Below, one piece after another: positions 45,360 through 55,348 of a DNA stretch of 64,000 nucleotides. Source of the DNA: an uncultured delta proteobacterium (GTDB lineage Bacteria > Desulfobacterota > Binatia > HRBIN30 > BPIQ01); NCBI GenBank assembly GCA_963761335.1, contig CAVXGR010000012.1, positions 96,001 to 160,000 on the forward strand, written 5' to 3'. The notes below the pieces were generated by a model, which was given only the letters and a program-made list of their open reading frames with translations, was not told where the DNA came from and ran no database searches. How positions within the stretch are numbered: position 1 is the stretch's first letter; each line of letters begins with the position of its first letter. The translations under genes were made by a program, and so were the position numbers.

Positions 45360-47417
45360 ATGTACTGCGATTTCTACAACCTCGTCGAGAAGCCGTTCAA
45401 CGTCACTCCGGATCCGAAGTTCCTCTATCTGAACGCCCGCTACCGCGAGGCCCTGGCCTCGCTGCACTACGGCATCACCGAGAGGAAGGGGTTCGTCACC
45501 CTGATCGGCGAAGCCGGCACCGGCAAGACGACCCTGCTCAACAAGCTGCTCGACCAGCTCGACCCGAAGACGAAGACGATCCTGATCTTCAACACCAACG
45601 TCTCCTTCGAGGACATTCTCGAGTACATCTTCACCGAGTTCGACCTGCCGGTGCACAGCGGCAAGAAGCTCTACCTGCTGCAGCGCCTCAACGCCTTCTT
45701 GCTCGAGGAGCTGCGCGGCGGCGGCAACGTGGCGCTGCTCATCGACGAGGCCCAGGATCTCGAGTTCTCGGTGCTCGAGGACCTGCGCCTGCTGTCCAAC
45801 CTGGAGACCGCCAAGGAGAAGATCCTGCAGATCATCCTCACCGGCCAGCCGGAGCTCGGGCAGAAGCTGAGCAGCCCGGGCCTGCGGCAGCTGCGCCAGC
45901 GCATCGCCGTCAACTGCCGACTGCTGCCGCTGTCGCGCGAGGAGATGAGCGAGTACATCCAGTACCGCCTGCAGGCCGCCGGCTGCACCGACCTCAAGGT
46001 TTTTAGCCGCGAGGCCGAGGATCGCGTCTGGGAGCTGTCGCGCGGTATCCCGCGACTGGTGAACGTCGTCTGCGACAATGCCCTGGTGATCGGCTACGCC
46101 CTCGGCAAGAAGCGCATCGGCGCCGATGTCGTCAACGAGGCCGCCACCGACATGATCGCGGCCCTGCCGGACGCAGTGCCGATCGAGGTCGGCGAGCCGG
46201 CTGCCGACGCCGTCGCGCCGACGGGAGAACTGGAGGAGGCGGCGGCACCGCTGCCGCCGGGGCGCGCGCGCGGCACCTGGGCGATCTTCGCGGTGGTTGG
46301 CGTGGCGCTGCTGGTCGGACTGATCTCCATGGGGCGCAGCATGTTGCGGGAGCAGAGTGAGGCGGTGAACGCCGCCCTGCCGCCGTCGCCCCGCGCCGTG
46401 ATGCGTCCCGGCAGCGACAGCAGCGACCTGCCGCCGGTGGCCGTCGGCCTCGGCTCCGACCCATCCGAGTCGCGCCTGAAGCGGCCGCAGATGAACGGCC
46501 GGCCGGCACCGGCGGCCGAGGAGCCGCCGCGCCGTCCGGAGCAGGCAGCTCCGGACGCACCGCTGCTGGCCCCGGCGGCGCCGCCTCCGGCGGCACAGCC
46601 CCTGGCGAGAAACGGCGCAGAGCCGGCTCCGGCTGCGGCCGAGCCCGGCGTCGCCGAAGCGGGCCTGCCGGCCGCGGAAATGCCCGCTGCCGCGCCAGCG
46701 GTTGGAGACGCCATCGACGCGCCGGCCGCCGCCGCGCCTGCGGGCGCCGCGGAGAACACCCCGGTCCCGCCGGCGGCGCAGGAGCCGCGGCCGGCGGCCG
46801 GCGCCATCGACGTCGATCCACCTGCGAAGGCGGAGCCGCCGAGCAACGCCGCCGATGCGCCGGCGGCAACGGCGCAGCTGGCCGCCGTCGAGCCGGAGAG
46901 GGCGGAGTGGCCGAGCGCGAAGCCGGAAGCCGCTGCCATCGAGAAGGGCCTCACCTACCACCTGGTCGGACAGCGCTTCGATGAGGTGCCGGTACACGAC
47001 GGCGACTCGATCGGACAGATCGCCATCCAGAAGTACGGGCAGGCGAGCTACACCGTCCTCGATCTCCTCAAGCTGGCCAATCCCGACGTCGCCGACATCG
47101 ACCGCATCTCCGTCGGCCAGCAGATCTCCCTGCCCCAGCTGAGCCGCGGCTTCTCGGTGCTCGCCGACGACCGCGGCCAGTACGGAGTTCTGGTGCAGTC
47201 GTCGGTGTCGGCGTCGCGCGCCAAGGCGCTGGCACAGGCGCTGCGGACCAAGGGATACGGCGCCCGTGTGGAGCTGGCGCGCATCGGCGCCGAGAAGAGC
47301 GTCTACCGCGTGCTCATCGGCTCGCTGCCGTCGGAGAGCGTGGCGGCGGGAGTGGGGCAGGAGATCGAGCGCGCCTTCCGGGACGACGAGCGACTGGCGC
47401 GCCTCGCCCGCTACTAG
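45360..47417 (+). CDS. ExeA/GspA-family AAA ATPase with TM, Pro/Ala linker, LysM and SPOR-like domains
   Basis: MYCDFYNLVEKPFNVTPDP, GEAGTGKTT, IDEAQ, GQPEL, QLRQRI, GIPRLVN; VHDGDSIGQIA..ANP..ISVGQQI; YRVLIG. Confidence 0.88.
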   Translation: MYCDFYNLVEKPFNVTPDPKFLYLNARYREALASLHYGITERKGFVTLIGEAGTGKTTLLNKLLDQLDPKTKTILIFNTNVSFEDILEYIFTEFDLPVHSGKKLYLLQRLNAFLLEELRGGGNVALLIDEAQDLEFSVLEDLRLLSNLETAKEKILQIILTGQPELGQKLSSPGLRQLRQRIAVNCRLLPLSREEMSEYIQYRLQAAGCTDLKVFSREAEDRVWELSRGIPRLVNVVCDNALVIGYALGKKRIGADVVNEAATDMIAALPDAVPIEVGEPAADAVAPTGELEEAAAPLPPGRARGTWAIFAVVGVALLVGLISMGRSMLREQSEAVNAALPPSPRAVMRPGSDSSDLPPVAVGLGSDPSESRLKRPQMNGRPAPAAEEPPRRPEQAAPDAPLLAPAAPPPAAQPLARNGAEPAPAAAEPGVAEAGLPAAEMPAAAPAVGDAIDAPAAAAPAGAAENTPVPPAAQEPRPAAGAIDVDPPAKAEPPSNAADAPAATAQLAAVEPERAEWPSAKPEAAAIEKGLTYHLVGQRFDEVPVHDGDSIGQIAIQKYGQASYTVLDLLKLANPDVADIDRISVGQQISLPQLSRGFSVLADDRGQYGVLVQSSVSASRAKALAQALRTKGYGARVELARIGAEKSVYRVLIGSLPSESVAAGVGQEIERAFRDDERLARLARY

Positions 47418-47431
47418 GACGACGGAGGAGA

Positions 47432-47950
47432 ATGCGCGTGCTCGAGTTCGGACACAACCGGCACCAGTGGTTCGTCGTGCACACCAAGGTGCGCAAGGAA
47501 GAGTACGCCCGCTGGCAGCTGGCGCGACGCGGCATCGCGACCTTCCTGCCGTGGATTCTCCATCCATCGCGCTTCACCACCGAGAATGTTCTGGCGCCGC
47601 TGTTTCCGAGCTACCTGTTTGCCCACCTCGACCTGGAGGAGCAGTACTGGGACGTCGCCTGGGCTCCCGGGGTGCGCCGCCTCGTCGGCTTCGGCGAGGG
47701 GGCTTCGCCCGTCGAGCCGGCGATCATCGACTTCCTGCGCGAACGCGCCGATCACGAGGGCGTGGTGCGCGTGTTTCCGACGTTCCACCAGGGCGACGTT
47801 GTGCGGATCAAGCAAGGTCCGCTCGCCGGCCTCGTGGGCATCATTGAACACCCGTGCAGTGGACGCGGTCGGGTTCAAGTCTTGATGGAGTTGCTGCGGC
47901 GCCAGACGCGAGTCGAGGTGCCGGAGGAGTTATTGGATCGCGTCGTCTGA
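47432..47950 (+). CDS. NusG/RfaH/UpxY-family transcription antiterminator
   Basis: WFVVHTK, PLFPSYLF, PGVRRLVGFG, KOW GDVVRIKQGPLAG. Confidence 0.9.
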   Translation: MRVLEFGHNRHQWFVVHTKVRKEEYARWQLARRGIATFLPWILHPSRFTTENVLAPLFPSYLFAHLDLEEQYWDVAWAPGVRRLVGFGEGASPVEPAIIDFLRERADHEGVVRVFPTFHQGDVVRIKQGPLAGLVGIIEHPCSGRGRVQVLMELLRRQTRVEVPEELLDRVV

Positions 47951-48194
47951 GCAGTTCCTGATCCGTCGCTGAAAGAAGGGGGGTTCGGCACCACGCGCTC
48001 GGCGTCATCGACGCCGGCCGCCGTCCAGTGCGCCGATCGCTCCCCGTCGCCTCGGGCGGGAACCTCATTGGGAAAGAGAGGGACGGTTCGCTGCGCCTCA
48101 TCCTTTGCGAATGCAGGGGTGGAGGCACGGCAAACCGATACGGCGGAGCTATGTACACGATCAGCACATACGACAGCACCCGGGGATGGTGGAG

Positions 48195-50006
48195 ATGAGC
48201 GAGCCGCGCGAGTCGCTTCCGTTCTTGCGGGCGATCCTCGGGGGGTTGTGGGGCGGCGCCGTCGCCGGTCTCGCCGAGGCCGCGGTGGTGGCCAGCACCT
48301 CCGGCGCACTGCCCGAGTACCAGTTTCTCCCCTATGCGGTCATCGGCTACGCGCTCCTCGGGGCCCTCATGGGCGCCGGCATCGGCGTGCTCGTGTGGCT
48401 GGTGCGCGGCGCCCTCGATCGAATGCTGCCGGCCTTCGGCCTCGGCGCCGGCCTGAGCTTTGCGGCGCTGGCGTTCGTCGTCGGGCGCTATCACGTCAAC
48501 CAGCTCTTCTTCCACGAGGAGCTGAGTCCATGGAGCGCCTCGGGAGCGGCCGCCTATCTGGGACTGCTCGGCTTCGGGGCCGCGGGCCTGGTCGCCGCGC
48601 TGATCGCCGGCCGGCAGCTGCGCGAGGGGCGTTACCGCCTCGCGGCAGCCGCAGGGGCGCTGCTGGCGCTGTTCGTCGTCGCCCTCGCCATCGGCCGCTC
48701 GAAGGTGGCCTCCGACACGCTGATCGGTCCCGGACCGGCGACCGCGGCCCAGGGCCCGGCTCCCAACGTCATTCTCATCATCGCCGACACGCTGCGCGCC
48801 GACGCCCTCTCGGCCTATGGGGGCCGCAATCAGACACCTCACATCGACCGGCTGGCGTCCGCCGGCGTGCGCTTCGCACACGCCTACGCACAGGCCTCGT
48901 GGACGCGGCCGTCGATCGCCACGATTCTCACCTCGCTGCTGCCGTCCTCGCACGGCGCCACCCACAAGACCTCGCTGCTTCCCGACCGCGTCGAGACGGT
49001 GGCCGAGGCCTTTCGCGGCGCCGGCTACTGGACCACCGGCTACGTGAGCAACATCAACATCGCCCCGGTCTTCAACTTTCAGCAGGGTTTCGCCGAGTAC
49101 ACCTACCTGCCGCCCGACTTCTATTTCTGGGCGAGCGACTCCTCGGCGCGCCTGGCGCTCTATCAGACGCTGCGCATGCTGCGCGAGCGCTTCTTGGCGA
49201 CCCGCATCTTCGCGGCGAACTTCTACAAGGACGCCGATCAGGTCACCCGTCACACCGTCGACTGGATCGATCGCCAGCCGCGGGAGCCGTTCTTTCTCCT
49301 CGTGCACTACATGGATCCGCACGATCCCTACTTCGAGATTCCCTACGATGGGCGGGGAGTGGCGCGGGTCACCAACCCGAGCCCTGCGGTCTCCCGCCGC
49401 GACGAGCTGCACGATCTCTACCTGGAGGACGTCCGCTATCTCGACGGCTTCATCGGCAAGCTCTGGGAGGAGCTGAAGGCGAAGGGGCTCTACGACAACA
49501 CCATGATCGTGCTGACCGCCGATCACGGCGAGGAGTTCCTCGAGCACGGCGGCTGGTGGCACGGCACGACTCTCTACGAAGAGCAGCTCCACGTGCCGCT
49601 GATCGTCAAGCGGCCGCACGAGAGCCAGCCGGGTACGGTCGTCGACACGGCGGTGCGCAGCCTCGACATTGCGCCGACCATGCTGGCCACCGCCGGAGTG
49701 CGCGTGCCGGCCACGTACGAAGGGCGAAACCTCTTCGGCGCGGCGGCGGCCCCGGACGTGCTGCTCGCCGAGACCGACCTCGAGGGCAATATCCTCGCCT
49801 CGGTGCGCATCGCCGACTGGAAGCTGATCACCGCCAATGAGAATAACCCGCGGCAGCTTCAGCCGGTCGAGCTGTACGACCTGGCGCAGGATCCGGCCGA
49901 GAAGCGGAACCTGGCCGAGGCCGAGCCGCAGCGGGTCAACGACATGCTCGCGGCACTCTCCCGCCAGCGCGGCATCGTCGGGCCACAGGGTGCCACCGGA
50001 CGCTGA
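48195..50006 (+). CDS. Membrane-anchored sulfatase-like hydrolase/transferase (AlkP superfamily)
   Basis: ~5 TM, PNVILIIADTLRAD, TPHID, QASWTRPS, HYMDPHDPY, TADHGEEF, HVPLIV, ELYDL. Confidence 0.88.
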   Translation: MSEPRESLPFLRAILGGLWGGAVAGLAEAAVVASTSGALPEYQFLPYAVIGYALLGALMGAGIGVLVWLVRGALDRMLPAFGLGAGLSFAALAFVVGRYHVNQLFFHEELSPWSASGAAAYLGLLGFGAAGLVAALIAGRQLREGRYRLAAAAGALLALFVVALAIGRSKVASDTLIGPGPATAAQGPAPNVILIIADTLRADALSAYGGRNQTPHIDRLASAGVRFAHAYAQASWTRPSIATILTSLLPSSHGATHKTSLLPDRVETVAEAFRGAGYWTTGYVSNINIAPVFNFQQGFAEYTYLPPDFYFWASDSSARLALYQTLRMLRERFLATRIFAANFYKDADQVTRHTVDWIDRQPREPFFLLVHYMDPHDPYFEIPYDGRGVARVTNPSPAVSRRDELHDLYLEDVRYLDGFIGKLWEELKAKGLYDNTMIVLTADHGEEFLEHGGWWHGTTLYEEQLHVPLIVKRPHESQPGTVVDTAVRSLDIAPTMLATAGVRVPATYEGRNLFGAAAAPDVLLAETDLEGNILASVRIADWKLITANENNPRQLQPVELYDLAQDPAEKRNLAEAEPQRVNDMLAALSRQRGIVGPQGATGR

Positions 50007-50007
50007 C

Positions 50008-51669
50008 ATGCTGCTGGTCATCGGCCTCGACGGGGGCACATTCGATCTCGCCGGTCCCTGGATGGATGCGGGGAAGCTGCCGGCGCTGGCGCGCCTGCGC
50101 CGGCAGGGGCTGTGGGGCGAGCTGCGCTCCACGGTGCCGCCGGCGACCATGCCGAGCTGGACGTCGTTCATGACCGGCGTCAACCCGGGACGCCACGGCA
50201 TCTTCGACTTCACCCGCCGCGTCGCCGGGACCTACGACGTCGCCTTCGTCAACAGCACCTTTCGCAAGGCACCCACCATCTGGCGGATGCTGAGCGATGC
50301 CGGCCGCCCGGTGGCCGTGCTGGGAATGCCGGGAACCTACCCGCCCGAGCCGATCAACGGCTGCATGGTCAGCGGCTTCGACGCCCCGGTCACCACTCGC
50401 GCCAACCGCTCGTTCATCCATCCCCCCGAGCTCGCCGACGAGGTGATGGGCGGCGGCGGCTTCTCCTTTGCCGACTTCCAGGAGTTCTATGTCGACGCCG
50501 CCTGGTACCCGAAGGCACTCGAGCGTCTGCTCCAAGGTATCTCTGCAAAGGGGAGATTGGCTCAGACGTTGCTTGCCCGCCAGGCCTGGGATTGTTTCGG
50601 GCTGGTCTTCGGAGAATCGGACACCGTGGCGCACCACTTTTGGCACCTCCATGACCGCGGTTCGCCGCGGCACGACGAGAGTCGGGCAAGCGCTCACGGC
50701 GATGCCATCGAGCGCGTCTACGCGGCGATCGACGGGGTGATCGAGAGCCTCATGCGGCAGGTGCCGGAGGCGGCGGTGCTGGTCGCATCCGATCACGGCT
50801 TCGGCGGCGCCGGCGACCGAGCCGTGCATCTGAATCGCTGGCTCGCCGGGAGCGGATGGCTGCGCTTCGACAGCACCCGCCTCGGCGGCGGCTTGGGCTT
50901 GGCGGCGGCAGCCAAACGCGGGGCGCTGCGCCTAGTGCCGCCGGCCTGGCAGGCGTCGCTGTTTCGCAGCTTCAACGGGGCGATTGCCAACCGCCTGGAG
51001 TCGCGGGCGCGCTTCGCCGGCATCGACTGGAGCGGCACGCGTGCGTTCTCGGAAGAGCTCAACTATTTCCCCAGCATCTGGATCAACCGGTGCGGGCGCG
51101 ATCCGCTCGGCCAAGTCGCCGACGCCGACTACGACGCCGTGTGCGCGGCTCTGATGAGCGATCTGCTGGAATGGCGCGACGACACCTCCGGCGAGCGGCT
51201 GGTTCGGCGCGTCTGGCGGCGCGCCGACCTCTACCACGGCCCCTGTGTCGAGGGCGCCCCCGACCTGGTGCTCGAGCTGGAGGAGCCGCAGGGATACTCG
51301 TACTCGGTGCTGCCGAGCGGCGGCACCGCCGGTCCGGCGGTGCGCCGCATGGGAGTCGAGGAGCTGGTCGGGGGCAAGCGCTTCGGCATGAGCGGCAGCC
51401 ATCGCCCCAACGGCATGTATCTGCTCGCCGGTGCCGGAGCAGGGGCGGGCGAGGCCCGCTCCGCCGGCATCCTCGACATGGCTCCGACTATTCTGTCTCT
51501 CTGCGGCATGGTGCCGCCGGAGTGGATGGAGGGCTCCAGCGTCCTGCAGCCGGCGGAACGGCGAGCCTGGCTCCCAGAGGTGCCATGGGAAGGGCCGGAG
51601 CAGGTGTACGGAGCCGGGGACGAAGTGGTTCTCGAAGAGCGCCTGCGCGCCCTGGGATACATCGCATGA
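50008..51669 (+). CDS. AlkP-superfamily phosphodiesterase/nucleotide pyrophosphatase-like protein
   Basis: VIGLDG, STVPPATMPSWTSFMTG..HGIFDF, SDHGFG, GSHRPNG, RLRALGY. Confidence 0.88.
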   Translation: MLLVIGLDGGTFDLAGPWMDAGKLPALARLRRQGLWGELRSTVPPATMPSWTSFMTGVNPGRHGIFDFTRRVAGTYDVAFVNSTFRKAPTIWRMLSDAGRPVAVLGMPGTYPPEPINGCMVSGFDAPVTTRANRSFIHPPELADEVMGGGGFSFADFQEFYVDAAWYPKALERLLQGISAKGRLAQTLLARQAWDCFGLVFGESDTVAHHFWHLHDRGSPRHDESRASAHGDAIERVYAAIDGVIESLMRQVPEAAVLVASDHGFGGAGDRAVHLNRWLAGSGWLRFDSTRLGGGLGLAAAAKRGALRLVPPAWQASLFRSFNGAIANRLESRARFAGIDWSGTRAFSEELNYFPSIWINRCGRDPLGQVADADYDAVCAALMSDLLEWRDDTSGERLVRRVWRRADLYHGPCVEGAPDLVLELEEPQGYSYSVLPSGGTAGPAVRRMGVEELVGGKRFGMSGSHRPNGMYLLAGAGAGAGEARSAGILDMAPTILSLCGMVPPEWMEGSSVLQPAERRAWLPEVPWEGPEQVYGAGDEVVLEERLRALGYIA

Positions 51670-53003
51670 CCCCGCCCACCAGCGCGGCGCGCTACCGCAT
51701 CGCCATGGTGACTCCGGGACCGTTCCCGGCACCACGCGGCTCGCAGGTCCTGGTCCGCGAGCTGGCGGAGGCGCTGGCGAACGCCGGACACCGCGTCCAC
51801 GTGGTTGCCTACGGCGACGGCGACGGCAGCACCTTGCCTGCGGGCGTGGAGGTACACCGCACCCACGGCGTTTTTGCGGGCAGCGCTCTCTACGGTCCCG
51901 CGTGGCGGCGGCTGGGACCCAACCTGGCTCTGCTGGTCACCCTCTATCGGCTGGTTCGCGACGCCGGCATCGAGGTCATCCACGCCCACAACTACGAGGC
52001 GCCGGTGCTGGCGTACGTGGTGCGGGCGCTCACCGGCGTCCCCGTGGTGTACCACGGCCACAACGTCATGAGCGACGAGCTCGAGCGCTACTTCGAGAGC
52101 CGCGCGGGGAAGTGGGCGGCGTCGCGGCTCGGGCGCGCCCTCGACCGCAGCGTGCCGCGGCACGCCGACTACGTGGTGGCGCTGTCGCAGCCGATGGCGG
52201 ACTTCCTGCGCGACAACGGCGTCGGTGACCGGCAGATGGCGGTCATCCCGCCGGGAGTCTCGGTGGATCTCGAGGCGGCTCCGGTTGCGGCTCACCCCGA
52301 TCCCTATCCGGGATCGAAGGTGATCGTCTACGCCGGCAATCTCGACCCGTATCAGGACCTGCGCACGCTGGTGCGCGCCATGGTGGAGATTCGCCGGGCC
52401 GAGCCGCAGGCCCTGCTGGTCATCGCCACGCATGCCGCAGACGAGTGGATTGCCCCGGCCGTGGCCCGGCTCGGTCTGACCGACGCGGTGCGGGTGGTCT
52501 TGGCCTCGGACTTCGACGGCGTGCGGGCTCTGCTGCAGCGCGCCGACCTGCTCGTCTGCCCGCGAACCTCCTGGTCGGGCTTCCCGATCAAGCTGCTGAA
52601 CTACATGGCCGCCGGGCGGGCGATCGTCATCGCCGCCGGCGCCGCCGCCGCGGTGCAGAACGGGCCGATGGTGGTGGTGCCAAACGGCAGCCCGAGCTGT
52701 CTGGCTGCCGCCGTGGTGGCAACCCTGCGGGACCCGGCCGGCCGTTCCCGCCTCGGCGAGGAGGCCCGCCGCCTGGCCGCCGCCGCCTTCTCCTGGCCCC
52801 GACTTCTGCCGCGCTTCGAGGAGGTTTATCGGACCGTGGTGAAAACCCCTCCGGAGGCCTCGGACCACATGCCGGAACGCAAAAAAGTGTTGCAAAAAAG
52901 GGGCGCTTGGGAGTTGATGGGAAAGGCCCGAGGCCGTATAAGCCCGGCGCGGGCAGGTTTGGTGGAACAGTCGAATATGGTTGAAAATGTCAAAAGCCTG
53001 TAA
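51666..53003 (+). CDS. GT4 glycosyltransferase
   Basis: IHAHN, YAGNL..YQ, PIKLLNYMAAGRAIV, FSW; C-terminal tail runs over the wza promoter. Confidence 0.88.
   Translation: MTPPTSAARYRIAMVTPGPFPAPRGSQVLVRELAEALANAGHRVHVVAYGDGDGSTLPAGVEVHRTHGVFAGSALYGPAWRRLGPNLALLVTLYRLVRDAGIEVIHAHNYEAPVLAYVVRALTGVPVVYHGHNVMSDELERYFESRAGKWAASRLGRALDRSVPRHADYVVALSQPMADFLRDNGVGDRQMAVIPPGVSVDLEAAPVAAHPDPYPGSKVIVYAGNLDPYQDLRTLVRAMVEIRRAEPQALLVIATHAADEWIAPAVARLGLTDAVRVVLASDFDGVRALLQRADLLVCPRTSWSGFPIKLLNYMAAGRAIVIAAGAAAAVQNGPMVVVPNGSPSCLAAAVVATLRDPAGRSRLGEEARRLAAAAFSWPRLLPRFEEVYRTVVKTPPEASDHMPERKKVLQKRGAWELMGKARGRISPARAGLVEQSNMVENVKSL
52914..52942 (+). promoter_or_regulatory. sigma70-type internal promoter for wza-wzc
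   Basis: TTGATG-N17-TATAAG, preceded by A-tracts and GCAA-N7-TTGC. Confidence 0.55.
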
Positions 53004-53703
53004 GTCTCTGTCCGAATATATCGCTCCGCTTTTCGCTGCCGCTCTGCTCTGTGCAATCGCTGGCTGCGGCAGCAGGCAGCCGCCTCCACAGCCATTGCCA
53101 CCGCTCGATTCGGTGCGCATCGGTTCGCCCACGACCGAGTACCGCGTGCAGCCGGGAGACGTGCTGCGCATCAAGTTTGCCTACCATCCGGAGCACGACA
53201 TTCGCTTGCCGGTTCGACCCGACGGCAAGATCACCCTGGACATCGCCGGGGAGATCGACGCCGCTGGGATGACCACCGACGATCTCGCCTCGGTGATCAA
53301 AGCGCGATCCTCGCATCGCCTGCGGGATCCCGAAGTCACCGTCATCGTCGCCCAGCTCGGCGAGCAGAAGGTGTATGTCGGTGGCGAGGTGCGCATCCCC
53401 GGCTTCGTTCCCTTCCGTCCCGGAATGACACCGATGCAGGCGATCCTCGACCGCGGCGGTCCTACCGATACCGCCCGCCTGGACAGCGTGCTGTACATCC
53501 GGCCCGCGGTGCAGGGAGACTACCAGGCCATGCGACTCGATCTGACGGAGGTGGTGGATCACGGAGTTGCCGAGCCGGTGACCCTCGCGGCCAACGACGT
53601 CATCTACGTTCCTCGAAGCTGGGTGGGCGACGCCGGCAACTTCGTCCAGCTCTACATCCGCAATCTGTTACCGATTCAACCGCGCTTCGGATTTGCGCCG
53701 TGA
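52987..53703 (+). CDS. wza: Polysaccharide export (OPX/Wza-like) lipoprotein
   Basis: Lipobox AIAGC, YRVQPGDVL, VRPDGKI, DPEVTV, VYVGGEV, DVIYVP. Confidence 0.9.
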   Translation: MSKACKSLSEYIAPLFAAALLCAIAGCGSRQPPPQPLPPLDSVRIGSPTTEYRVQPGDVLRIKFAYHPEHDIRLPVRPDGKITLDIAGEIDAAGMTTDDLASVIKARSSHRLRDPEVTVIVAQLGEQKVYVGGEVRIPGFVPFRPGMTPMQAILDRGGPTDTARLDSVLYIRPAVQGDYQAMRLDLTEVVDHGVAEPVTLAANDVIYVPRSWVGDAGNFVQLYIRNLLPIQPRFGFAP

Positions 53704-53730
53704 TCATTCGCTAGGAGAGAGCTAGAGCTC

Positions 53731-55332
53731 ATGGCCACCGAAGTTTCGAACGGGCGCACGTACGCCAATGGCAATGGCAGTGGCAATGGCCACGGCAACG
53801 GCAATGGCAATGGATATGGCAACGGCAATGGCGGCAGCGACTTCAACGTCAACGAGCAGATTCGAGAAATTCTGCACGTCCTTTTCAAGCGCTGGCGCCT
53901 GGCCGCCATCCTCTTCCTCGCCGTGGCTCTGCCCGGCCTGGCTCTCACGGCGCTGCGGCCGAGGAGCTACGTCGCCAGCGCCAAGGTCCTGATCACCACG
54001 CAGAGATCCGACCTCTCCCTGCAGCCGACCGACCTCAACCATCTGGTCGACACGCGCCTGAACGAGTCGGTGGTCAACTCCGAGGTGCACATCATCAGCA
54101 GCCGCGAGCTCCTGGAGAGCGTCGCGCACGATCTCCTCCTCGGCAATCAGGCGGTGGCGCGCGTCAGCAGCAACGCCAGCAGCAACATCGGCTATGGGAA
54201 CACCATCGACAAGTCGATGGGCCGCAAAGTCGGCTTGAAGGTCCTCGAGCTCGGCCGCACCGTGAGCGTCACGCCGATCAAGAACTCCAACGTCATCGAG
54301 GTCGACTATCGCTCCGCCGACCCGAAACGCGCCGCCATGGTTGTCAATCGGGTGATCGACGAGTACCTGGCGTACCATGCCCAGGTGCACGGCACCAAGG
54401 GGCTGACGCGCTTCTACGTCGATCAGCGCCACGCGCTCGAGCAGAACATGCGCGACGCCGAGCGCGCCCTCGAGGAGTTCGCCTCCCGCGAGGGGATCGC
54501 CGACCCCAAAGAGGAGATGGTCGCCAACGTCCGCGCCGTCGCCGACATGGAGGCGTCGCTGCGCCAAGCGACGGCGCAGATCAGCGGCACCGAGGAGAAG
54601 ATGCGCTCCATCGAGCAGCAGGTGGCCGAGCAACCGACGGTGATCAAGCGCCAGCAGTACATCGAGGTCAACCCGGTGGTCACGGCACTCACCTCGCAGC
54701 TGGTGGAGCGCCAGATCGACCGCATTGGCCTGCTGCGCAAGTACACCGACGAGGACCGGCTGGTGCGCGACAACGCTGCCGAGATCAACGTGCTGCAGTC
54801 GCGACTCCAGAAGGAGCAGCGCGACCACCCGACGGTCAACGGCCTCGAGGTCATGTCGCCGAATCCGCTGCGCGAAGAGCGCACCCGGCAGATGCTCGAC
54901 CTGGAGAGCAACCTGCGCGAGCTGCGGGCGCGGCGGGCGGTTCTCGAGGAGAATCTCAACACCGCCAACCGCCGCTTGGTGCAGCTGCGCACCAAGAGCC
55001 TGGAGTACAACCGTCTGGATCAGGACGTGCAGAGCTGGCGGACGACGTACGAGCTGTACGTGAAGCGCGAGGAAGAGGCGCGCGTCTCGGAAGCGATGGA
55101 CCAGGAGAAGATGGTCAACGTCGAGGTCGTGCAGCGTCCGGCGCTGCCGCTGCCGCGCTCCGACCGCCGGCAGAGCTCGGCGCTGCTGGTGCTCATCTCC
55201 GGCTTCATCGTCAGCCTCGGCGGCGCCTTCGGAGTCGAGTACTTCAACCGTTCGTTCACCTCCGAGCGCGACGTGGAGCGCTATCTCGGCCTGCCTCTGC
55301 TGGGGACCGTGGCGGAGACGCCGAAGGCGTAA
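53731..55332 (+). CDS. Polysaccharide co-polymerase (Wzc/GumC periplasmic part)
   Basis: TM, YVASAKVL, SEVHIISSREL, SNVIEV, coiled coil, NVEVVQ, LGLPLLG; N-terminal (NG)n tract. Confidence 0.9.
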   Translation: MATEVSNGRTYANGNGSGNGHGNGNGNGYGNGNGGSDFNVNEQIREILHVLFKRWRLAAILFLAVALPGLALTALRPRSYVASAKVLITTQRSDLSLQPTDLNHLVDTRLNESVVNSEVHIISSRELLESVAHDLLLGNQAVARVSSNASSNIGYGNTIDKSMGRKVGLKVLELGRTVSVTPIKNSNVIEVDYRSADPKRAAMVVNRVIDEYLAYHAQVHGTKGLTRFYVDQRHALEQNMRDAERALEEFASREGIADPKEEMVANVRAVADMEASLRQATAQISGTEEKMRSIEQQVAEQPTVIKRQQYIEVNPVVTALTSQLVERQIDRIGLLRKYTDEDRLVRDNAAEINVLQSRLQKEQRDHPTVNGLEVMSPNPLREERTRQMLDLESNLRELRARRAVLEENLNTANRRLVQLRTKSLEYNRLDQDVQSWRTTYELYVKREEEARVSEAMDQEKMVNVEVVQRPALPLPRSDRRQSSALLVLISGFIVSLGGAFGVEYFNRSFTSERDVERYLGLPLLGTVAETPKA

Positions 55333-55348
55333 GGCAGCGGGGGCGAGG

